Translations under genes and position numbers: made by a program
Shown here: one piece after another, positions 41,320 to 52,523 of the stretch
Position numbering within the stretch: the stretch's first letter is position 1
Layout of the letters: each line of letters starts with the position of its first letter
The notes under the pieces: generated by a model
Databases searched by the model: none
Told to the model about the DNA's origin: nothing
What the model saw: the letters and a program-made list of their open reading frames with translations, nothing else
Origin: Geosiphon pyriformis uo1
Taxonomy: Eukaryota; Fungi; Glomeromycota
DNA length: 64,000 nt
Direction of reading: 5' to 3'
Assembly (NCBI GenBank): GCA_016748015.1
Contig: JAAOMT010000718.1
Location: 372,001-436,000 of the forward strand

Positions 41320-41955
41320 TTAATATTGAGCTCCGTCAAAATTTTTGTTTTGAATTAATTTTAATACTTTTTTTTCAAGTATTGTTTGTTCGACTCTGTT
41401 TTTCATATTTTCTATTTGTGTATTGTTCATTCTTCCCCATTGGTTAATGGTTATGGTTTCTATGTCAGAGTGTAACAGTATTTCTGGATAGTTCTGAAAT
41501 ATGTTGTGTAGTTGGTAAATTGTTCTTATATGTAATGTTGAGTTTGTTTTTTTTCTCATAAATTCTTCAATTTGCTGTATTATGTTCTGGTTAAATATCC
41601 TCTTGGATTTGTTGATATATAACTCTTGAATATTCAACTTTCGACCTAATTGGTAGTAACAGTATGATATTGGAATTTGGTCTGTCCATTGCTTCTAATT
41701 CTCTTTTGTAAGTTTTTCTATTGGTGCCATAATAGGTATTTTCCCAAAAGTGTTTTTTACTTTTTCTATTATGTTATCTGACCAGTTTTTATCATTCTTT
41801 GGTAACTGCTAATATGGTGTATTCTTTGTCTTCTTTTTAGTGTTTTTATAGCAGATTGTTTAGTTGTTAATGATAATTTTCATGTTTAAAAGTTGTTGAC
41901 TTAAGGCCTAGAACAATTGTTGAGCTATAGTGTGAATATGATCTGGTATTTCCAT
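41320..41955 (-). pseudogene. ORF3 of element C
   Basis: MEIPDHIHTIAQQL...PISYCYYQLGRKLNIQELY...RTIYQLHNIF...FDGAQY; stop abuts the PPT. Confidence 0.75.
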
Positions 41956-44900
41956 TTTTTCTTGGTTGCTTTTGTTGTGTGTACTGTGTCTTTATATATT
42001 CTTTTGGTTGTTCAATTTGCCATGTTTGGTTCAATAACTATAATTGGTTCCAAATCTCGTGGAATCTCATCTGGTTGAACTAGTATTCTTTGTACTCCCA
42101 GTTGTGGAATGTTATTGGTGAATGATGATGCTATCTGGTGATATAGTTTCAGTTAATCACTATGTGTTGCTTTGGTTAAGATTTTGTTGTTACATCTTAA
42201 TTTATAAGCTCCATTTCTTAGAATTTCTTCTATGTGAAATGGTCTGTCCTATTTGGAGTCAAATTTTTCACTCCATTGTTTTTCCGCTTTGGTACAGTAT
42301 AATAGTACTTTGTTTCCAATCTGAAATTCAACTAGTTTATTTGGTAGTTGGTTATCATGTCGTTCTTTTTGCTTTTTTTGTGACTTTTGAATGTTGTTAG
42401 CTGCTTTTCATTGTCTGTTTTTTAGTGTTTTCATCAAGTCATATGTTTTTCTTAACAATGTTTTCTGAAAATTGTCTTCAATTATTGGTTTTGTTAGATA
42501 AGTGTTGACTTCTATCTCAACTGATAATGTTGCTGTTCTACTATATACTAATTCAAATGGTATTGTTTGTGTAGTATCTTGTCTCATTGTCTGATAAGCA
42601 AATAATACTAATGGTATAAACAAATTCCATTCATTCTAATTTTTTTGACTAATCTTGGCAATTGTTTCACACAATGTTCTGTTAAACCTCTCAACTAACC
42701 CATTTGTTTGTGGATGGTATGGTAATAATAATGGTCTTTTGATTCCAAATCTCTGACTTAATTCTGCTAATGTTCTGTTCACAAAGTGAGTTTTTTGATC
42801 TGATAATAGTTTTTTTGGATATCCATGTCAACAAATCAAATCTTGATGAACGAATTCAGCAACAGATTTTGCATCTGCTCTTTGAATGGCTTTTGCTTCT
42901 GGCCATTTAGTGAGATAGTTCATGGCTATTGCAATATATCTGTTGCCTTTACTGGTAATTGTTAATAGTCCAACTAAGTCAATTCCAATGTGATCAAATG
43001 GTTGTTTTACTTTGATTGGTCTTAATGGTTCACTTGGTCTTGTTTCTCTTCTTTTTTGACAGACATTACAATTTTGAACATATTAGATGATGTCTGGATA
43101 TATTGATGGCCAATAATATTTTTTTCTGGTTTTTTCTATGGTCGTTTCTTTATGAAAATGTCCTGCTGTTGGATTTGAGTGCATGTTAAATAGTATTGTC
43201 TCTTTTTCTGGTTCTGTGATTACTTTGGTTGGTTGATTTGGATTTCTTCTGTTCTTTCAGTAAGTATATTTTAATGATTGATAAAATATTTTAATTGTTG
43301 TTTTATGTTGTTTTGTTCTTTTTGAGATAATTTCTTCTTGAACAATTGGGTATTTATATAATGTTGTAGTTGTTGGTATTTTTGTATATTCATCTTTTAT
43401 TATATTTTTGGATTGAAATGTTCTTAGATTTGTCTCATTCATGACAATCCATCAGTATTTTCATTGTCTTTTTACTTTTTATAATGTACTGTATAATTGA
43501 ATAGTGAAAGTTCTATTTTTCATCTGGCATAATGATTGTCTGGAAATTTTTGTTTCTGGATTGAAGTCAATCCTTTGTAATCAGTATACACTTCAAACTT
43601 TTGACTCAAGTACTCTTTCCATTTAATAACAGTCCAATAGATAGCTAAGTGTTCTAGTACTGAAGTTCTATAGTTCTTTTCAGCTGGGCTTAAGCTTCTA
43701 CTGGCATAAGCTACTGGATGTTCTCTTCCATCTGGTCTTTTTTGTGCTCCCAATGCTTGACCTGATGCATCAGTAGTAATGATGAATGGTTTGTTGTAAT
43801 CTGGATACATCAATACTGGAGCTTGGATAAGCTTTCTTCTCAATGTGTTGAAAGTTTTTTGTTAAGCTTCAGTTCATTTATACTTCACATTCTTGGTTTG
43901 TAGATGGTGAAGTGGCTAAGCTAGTTTAGAAAAGTCTTTGATAAAGTGATGATAGTAGTCTGTAAATCCCAAAAATGCTCTTAGTTCTGTCAAGTTGGTT
44001 GGTACTAAAAAGTTTTTAACTACTTCGATCTTGTCTGGATCTGTTTTGATTCCATTTTTGCTTACTACATGTTCCAAAAACTTGAGTTCAGTTTTTCCAA
44101 AGAAATATTTGGTTGCATTTAGTTTCAATCTGGCTCTTCTTAATCTTTTAAACATTTCTTGAAAATGGTGCAGATAATCATCAAATGTTTTTGAGAACAC
44201 ATTGGTGTCATCCAAGTATATGACTACTGATTTCCATAATAGTTCAATATAGACAATTTCCATAAGCTATTGGAATATTGCTAAAGTATTTATCAAGCCA
44301 AATGGCATGACTTCGAATTCAAAATTTTTTTCTCTTGTGGTAAATGCTGTTTTTTCTTTGTTGGCTGAATTCATGACTACTTGTCAATATTCACTATCTA
44401 GATCTAATGTTGAGAACCATTTATTTTCACCAAAAGCATCGAATAGTTCTTGGATCTTTGGAATTAGATAACTATCATCTTTAGTTACTCCATTCAGTTT
44501 TCGATAATCCACACAAAAATGGATTTTTCTATTCTTCTTATGAACTAGTACTACTGGTGACAACTATGGACTCATTGATGACTAAATTAGCCTGTTGTCA
44601 AGCATCCGGTTGATTTCTTGACAAATGATTTCATGGCTAGCTGGTGGTACTCTGTATGCTCTTTGTTTAATTGACATTGCATCTCCAGTCTTGATCTGAT
44701 GCTGGATGATGTTGGTTTGGCCAAATTCATTTTTGCTAGCAAAGATGTCATTGAAATTGTTGAGTAACATTTTGAGCTGCATTTGTTGAAGTGGATCTAG
44801 ATTCTCCATGTTTATCTGTTCCAATTGTTCTGATTAGAGCAAATAACATTCATTTCTTCCATAGATGGTTTGTGATGTAATGTCTACATATTTGCAAAGC

Positions 44901-45244
44901 TGTGGAAAATCTGGAATGTGGTTTGGTGGTTGATCCTCAACTTTGGTGGTTAAATATCCAATGATGGTTCTCTTTGGTATTTCGATGACTTTTCTAGTTG
45001 CATTATAGATGAGAATTTTGATGTTTTTGAGACTTTTAGCTGCTATGTAGAGATTAGTAAGTCCAATCTCCTCTGATTCACAAATGATGACTTCTGCTTC
45101 AAACAATTAAGCTTGATCTTTTATTTCCCTTTTTATGGCTAACATATACTGGTCATATGATGAAATAGAAATTGTTTGACGAGTTGAGATAATTTCTCCT
45201 TTGTCTACAATTTTTTTTTCTGCCATATTAACTGGTATGTCTAT

Positions 45245-45640
45245 TCTACCCATTGATCTAAATTCCTGTATCCCTCTTACTGTTATACCTAGTTCTTTCC
45301 TCTTTTCCACTGAAACTAACTGAGCTATTTTTACCAGAGGTAAGAATATTGCCTGTGCTATCTTTTCATTTGGCTTTATAATATAGGTCTTTTCTGAGTC
45401 ATTTTGTAGCATGGCGATGATATTTTCTATGTATCCTGCATCAATTATTCCTCCTCTGATGTTGATTCCTTTTTTCACTAAACTACTCTTAGATGCTAAT
45501 TGGATCATGGTTGTTGCTGAGATTTCCAGAGCTATTTTAAGATCAATACATGTATGCAAATTTGGTTCCAATTTAATGGCTTCTTTTTCTGAATATCTTA
45601 GATCAAACTCTGTGTTAGTATCATGTGCACATTCTGGCAT
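45245..45640 (-). pseudogene. dUTPase domain within element C pol
   Basis: Motifs I-V: EFDL, KSSL, GGIIDAGY, KIAQAI, RGIQEFRSMG. Confidence 0.9.
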
Positions 45641-46243
45641 AATACCTTTATTATTATTACTATATCATTTGAGTTCCTGCTTTTTAGAGAGATCAAGAAG
45701 TGCAATGTATATTTTGTGGTTTGAATCAGAGTCCGAATTATTGATATTTTTGTTGCCATATTGCATGGAGCTAGAACTGGTGTTTTCATTGTTGTCATTG
45801 TTGGAGTTTGAATCAGGATTGAAAACTGATTCCAATTCTGATACACAACTGCTGATTGGTTTCTCTTCTGGGATCATGTAGATCATGCATGGTAGTGGAT
45901 TGTAAATGAAGTCATACTCATTACAATATTGAAAATCACAGGGAATTAAGCAATATTGACATAACCGAGTATTTAACTGCTCTAAACACTGTTCTTGTTC
46001 TTCCCTGGTAGGTGCTAGCTCTTGGTAATATTTGTGGAATTGTTCTGGATCTAAGAGATTTATGACTGGTTTTGGGTCACAGTCAAGTTTTATAGGTTCA
46101 GATGGGTTATTTTTAATTGTTTTTATTTCTTCTGGGGTTGCTCTTTCGATTTTGGCAAGTGCCATTTGCCAGATTTTGTCATCATCGTGTGGGCATCCAT
46201 CTAGACATTTGATGGCTCATCTCTAGGCAGCATCTATGGACAT

Positions 46244-47132
46244 TGTTACAGGTGATTATTTCTGGTGTGGAAATAAATAAAAAACCCGTAACTTGGTGCT
46301 CAAAAGCTATTGATTTCTGTTAATGTTGGTAATCTGAAGGTCTTATGTGATCTGAAGAGTTTTGGTGGAGTTCTTTGTATAATGAACAGAGATTCAATGG
46401 TATTTGTAATAGTTTTCAGAATCACAATTCTGTCCAATTTCTTTCTCAGTGTAGAGGCCAGATTTAGTCTGGCAGTCATGCCCTTCTGGTAAGCTATTCA
46501 ATAATATATAAAATTCTACCCTTATTTCTAGGTCTTTTATCAGGCTATCCATAACGTCAATAATTCAGCACTTTTAATCCTTAATTAATTAGTATACAAC
46601 AACAAAACAACATGAAGAAAAAAAAGAAAAGAAAGAAAGAAAAGAAAATGAAATAAAGAAAATAAGCCAAGGCAATTTTGATTCATATCCTGTCAATAGC
46701 TGTGATCAAGAGCTATTGTTCCAGTATGGTTAAGTATGTGCTATTATCAACATGAAATGTTAATAGTTGGGAATAAATTTGAGATAATAAATTATTATTT
46801 ATTTAATATTTGTGATGTGGAAGGTTGCTTAAATTAAATCTAAACTGAAAGGTCTGCCTTTTCAGCTTCTAATACTACTGCTATATATACATAATTGAGA
46901 TTCCTCAATTCCTCAATTCTTTATAACAGGAATCCTGGAATTCCTGGAATCCTGTAATTCCTTTGAGAGGAATCCTGGAATTCTGGAATCCTGCAATTCT
47001 TTGTGTAAGAATTCTGTAATTCTTGGAATCCTGCAATTCTTGAAAGAAATCCTGGAATTCTACATTTATTACATCTACTTCTGATTGACTAATAATCATG
47101 CTAATATATTTTCTATATTTCTATGAGTAACA
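46244..47132 (-). mobile_element. Solo LTR D (C-related family) inserted in the Cys-rich domain of C
   Basis: TGTTACA...GTAACA termini; TSD ACAT/GCAT; shares R/U5 blocks with the C LTRs. Confidence 0.9.
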
Positions 47133-50100
47133 GCATTCCTTTTCTTATCCAGTCACTTATGACAATTGTGTATTAACACAACTCATTGCACATTCCTCCT
47201 TGTTCAGAAATGTCATTTCACATTCCTTTATCCAGAAAAGTTTCTCCACAAGCCAAGCATGGTTCATTGTCCCATTTTCCAACCTGTTTTGGCCTTCTAA
47301 AGTGTTTAATGATGTATGGGCAGCAGTAAAATTTTGTTGCCGAAGTGTATTCCTCATTGTTGCCATAATAAGCACCTATTAACGACAATTTTTTGTTGCA
47401 ATCAATGCATATTAGTTTAGATCAGTGATAGATAGACTGTTGTGATGGAGCGTAAGTGGCTGGAATATATGTGTTGTTAGCTTGGATGGTGTTTTTTTTT
47501 TTCTCTTTCTCTTTGTCTCTTCCTTTATCTTTTTCCCACTCTCAATTTGATGTTGGTTTGTTGTCATCATAGATAAGTAATTCTGATGATATGTTTCTGA
47601 GTTTGGTGGGTTATTTGGAATTTGAAACCGGCAATCAGGGTTTGATATTGATTTCCTGATCATTGGTTATTTAAGTGATGGCAGCAATCAATTTGTAGGT
47701 GTCCTTGTCTACCACAATAGTGGCAACCATGTGTTTTCTGTTGCCACTGTTGATTGGTCAATGATAATGGACGCTGTTACCAACTGAAACTTGAGATATT
47801 AATTAACATAATATTACCTTTAAAATTTCTACCATTAAATTAACATATATTATTGTTCAAATTATCACTTATTATTTAATCAAATTATTGAATATTATTA
47901 ATCAATTAATAACCTAATTTGTACTATAGAAATTAGAATAATCAAATTACACAATACTCCGAACTATTTAATATTCAAGAGTTCACCGAAATTTGTAGAA
48001 ATTCACCAAAATAATTAATAGTTCACCAAAATATTCAATAGTTTGTAGAAATAATTTGTAAGTTCGCCAAAAGGTATCTTTAGTTCGTTGAACTATAGTA
48101 AAGAAAATAATTCAAGTTCATAGACTAGTATTACAACAAGTTGTATAAAAAAAAAGCTTCTCTCTTCAAAAAAATGTATCTTTACCTTTAAATATTTTAC
48201 TTTAGATTTATCACTTAAAACCATTCCTATACACACAAAAAAAAATAAATATCAAATAATTCAAAAAACCAAATTCTTTAATTATTGCACTTGGAAAATT
48301 CTCAAAACCCAACTAACATTTTGAAATTGATTAGCTACCAATTTTAGTAAAACTGTTAGTGACCCCAGGCCTAGATAGAAAACGTTTCCCTTGATAAAAT
48401 CCTATTTTTTTTACATTTCTTTTATTTTTATTTTTTTTTCTTATTATCATTATTTAGGTAGCCTACAGACAAGATTCCTGTAGAAAAGTTGACTTTCACA
48501 GCAAAATAACTACACATTTTTATTGAGCTTTCAGATGAGCAATTCCTGGGAAAAAGTTGACATTTACTACAATGTAACTATACAAGTAACTGGCACAGAA
48601 TTGGCCATTCCACTTATAAGCCCAGCAGTTCAAATTATAGGAGATAATTTGAAGATAAATTCAGTTACTGGAGGTTCAACTACTTCCTGAAAACGTAAAT
48701 TTACAGCAAATCAACAGTAACAACATTCAAGAAAAGAGATCAAAAATCTCTGGTAACATTTGGTGCTCTCCCATGAAAATAACACAGTGACAACAACTTC
48801 AAAAGTGGCAACTCAAACAGATTCAAGAACTCTAAAGTATTATCAGTCAATCTACACTCACTGCAAGCAGAGATTTAATATCCCAGACAGAATTGAAACA
48901 TTCAAGAAAACACTTTACTAGTACATTGAAAATTATATCAACAATTATCTTTTTGGAGACTACAACATTTCAGAAGTTAAACACAACTTATATGAAAGCT
49001 TAGTACATCACTCTCATTTAAACACTCAGAATTTTAATAGTCAAATACTTGAAACATACTTCCAAGAACTCAACTTCAATATCATTCAGTATTGTGAAGA
49101 AAATTACCCAGTAGAACAGAAATTTTCTCTTAGTTTTGAATCAGAAACAGAAGAAGGGAAAAGAAAAAGGAAACAAAAACTCAGAACTACTCCAAATACA
49201 CCTAAAACCACTACCAAACATTTACAAACTCCAGAACAAGGAACCAGCTTTAAATTACCATTCTCAATCACACCATTTCCAGCTTCACTTGCTCAACTGC
49301 AAACACCAAGTTTATCACTTCTTTGGTTTTCAAGAATAGAAAATTTTCAGTCACCCAAAAGTCCTATTCAACAACAGAAACCAATATCAACCAGCACAAA
49401 TCTTATTGACTACTTAACAGAAAATCAAAGTGAAGAGACCAAATCAGAACAAGAAACAGAAGACTCAGAAAATGAAGAAGAAATGGCCTCCACATACATC
49501 ACAAAAATCCCTGAGTTCACAAGAGAAGACAGCAAAACCAGTCCTCAAGAATGGCTTGACAAAGTTTCAAAAGCAGGAGATGCAAATAGTTGGAATGCTG
49601 TCAAAATGTTAAAAGCAATTCCATATTTCTTATAAGGAATGGCTGACAAATGGTTTGAAAACTTGGAAGTTCTACCAAAAAACTGGGAAGCATTCAAAAC
49701 TGCTTTCCTAGAACAGTTCACTAACAATAACACTTCTATTACCCTTCAAAATCGGTTCTGAAATATCAAACAAGAACCAAGTGAATCAGTTATGACCTAT
49801 CTTGGGAAATTTAACAAACTGTTTAGAAGGATTTGCCAATTGGAAACCAATGAATACTACTCCAATGCACAAATCTTGGATCAATTCATTGCTGGATTAA
49901 AAGACAAACTTATCAAGAAAGTTTGCCCACATGTACCAGAAGATTTAGCCATTGCTATTCAACAGGTGAAAAACTATAAAATGGCCATGGAAGAAGCCAA
50001 CCGTACCAAACTTGTTAATCTGGCTATTGGAGAAACCAGCTCAGCAGCTGAAGAAAAAATTGACCAATTAACCAAAAAAGTTGAAAACTACTTTACCAAC

Positions 50101-52129
50101 CAACAGCAACAACAGCAGCTGTAGTAATCACAACAACTACAAAGATACCAACCTCTACAATGACACAATCAAAACAACTTTGGACCACCATCCAACAACC
50201 AAATCCAAAATTGTCATTATTGTGGAATTCCAGGACACTGGAAACACGATTGTAAAAAATTGCAATGAGACCAACAACAGAGGAATAATCAATGTTATTC
50301 CCAACCACAACAATCATATTATTCAGCACCACCAGCTCAATATTTACCAAGGTCACAATATCCAAACCACTATTATCAATCTGCTCCACAACCAATCCAA
50401 CAACAGTATCAACAACCATCTATACTACAATATTAAGTGCCAGCCAGAAGATTAATTCAACATAATCAATTTACACCACAAAACTATTTTTTAACAAACA
50501 ACAACAGATTTAATTCCAACAACCAATTAACCACTCAAAATTCGAATCAACATAGACCCACACACTATCACACTCAACCCAGTTATCTTACAATATCAGA
50601 GGAATCAAATTTTCAGCAAACTGCACTTTTTGAAGGTAAAGCTGCAGCACCAAGGCAAAACCCTTTCAACAATACTATCCCACCAGCCAGAATTGCTTGA
50701 AATGCCAATCTTTTAGACATTTTTCCATTCGAATTTGAAGCCAATGAATCACCATCTCTACTCAGCAATGTAGCAGTTAATAAACAAAAAGCTATTACAA
50801 CAATGTATACTGAAGCTGAAGTAGAAGGAAAACCAATTTGCTTAATATTAGACAGTGGATCTGCCAAAAGTATTATCATCTACCAATTAATGCAACAGCT
50901 TCAACGAACTGTTGACAGACCAGCTCAAACTGTCATCATTATGACAGATAGTATGAAGAAAACATTAGTAGGAGAAATTGATAATTTTCCATTTACCATT
51001 GATGGAATCATTATTCCAGTTAAAGTCCTAGTCATAGATGCACCCCAATACCAAGCTCTTATCAGAAATAATTGGCTTCTCAAGGCCAATGCAAATTTAG
51101 ATTGGGAAACTCAAGAATTAAAAATCTCATATCAAGGACAACACACTATAGTATTTGTTACATGTGAAACTTTCAACAAACAATCAGAAAAAGCCCCAGT
51201 ACTTGAATTTGAAGAAGAGAAAGAAATGCCACTCACTGAAATCTACATGGCTCTTGGATTAACATCCAATTGGGCTGAGGAAACAGAACAAAAAATCTTT
51301 GAAGAATCAAGAGAATAGAAGAAAGTTAGATATTTTACACCAGAACCATGAAAACAATCACTCTATATTCCACTTAAATGCAGAGATTGTAACAAAAAAC
51401 TTTTATCAATGAGAGTCTGCATTTCACCTGAAGAAGAATATAAAAATTATACTTGTTATTATTGCAAGGCTTGCCACAGAAAACAATGGGACCATCTAAT
51501 AAAAAGAAGTGGAAAATGGGACAACACTCCTTGTTTGACTTGTGGAGATATGCTACCAGAAGAATGCAATTGAATTGATGTAGCAATGAGAGGAGGAGTC
51601 TGTGATCAAACCTGCCAATATGCTTTATCAATCTCAGAAAAAGTCAAAAGAGGAACACCCTTTGAGGCAGCATACAACAGTGCTCTCAACAAATTTTATC
51701 ACTATCCCCATGATGCTGAGATGATTTTCGACCTAGCAATGGCATTAGTTAATGGAGCTGCCAAAGAAAATGTTTGTCAAATGAAAGAAGCAGAATACAT
51801 TGAATACACCTTAGAATTAGTTGGATTTGATTATGAAGATGAAGTAGAAGTCTATCATCAAATTGCAAGTCACACCTACCTGACCCAAGAAGCTCAAATT
51901 CAATGACTAGAGCAAATAAACATTAGACTATGCGAAGAATGCATAATGCCTTATGATGAACAGTGGTGTCCCGAATGCTATGCCCTTAGTATTTTCCTAC
52001 CAATCGAAGATGACCAGAACAAAATTGAATTCAGAACCTAAGAGGAAAAAATCCCAGTAATTCCCTTTTACCTTACCAAAAATCAGTCTGTCATAATACT
52101 CAATATTTTAACAATAAAAGACAGGGAAT

Positions 52130-52523
52130 TAAGCCCAAGAAAGCCCATGAGATTGACACTGGATATGATCTAAGATACCCAGAAAAAGAGACCTTCATCC
52201 TTCAACCAAAATCTCTTACAAAAATCAACTTAAAAATTGCCCTTGAAATTCCACCAGGAGCAATGATACAAATTGTCTTCCAATCCTCCCTGGCAAGCAA
52301 AAAAATCAATGTAAAAGGAAGAATTATCAATGCTGGATATACTGGAGACATCACAGTGATGCTTCAAAATGAAACTGACAAACCATTCAAGATCGAACAT
52401 GCTGAAAAAATTGCCCAAGCTATTTATTTACCCCTAATCCACATTTCGAGTTTGCAACTAGTCAATTAAAGAGAACAATTAGGAAAAAGTAATAGAAAAA
52501 CCCAAGGTTTTGGTTCAACTGGA
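52130..52523 (+). pseudogene. dUTPase domain within element B pol
   Basis: TGYDL, QSSLA, GRIINAGYTG, KIAQAI, RKTQGFGSTG. Confidence 0.92.

Noticed and set aside
48462-48580. Hammerhead ribozyme in the LTR
   Set aside because: The CUGAnGA and GAAA core arrangement is not present.
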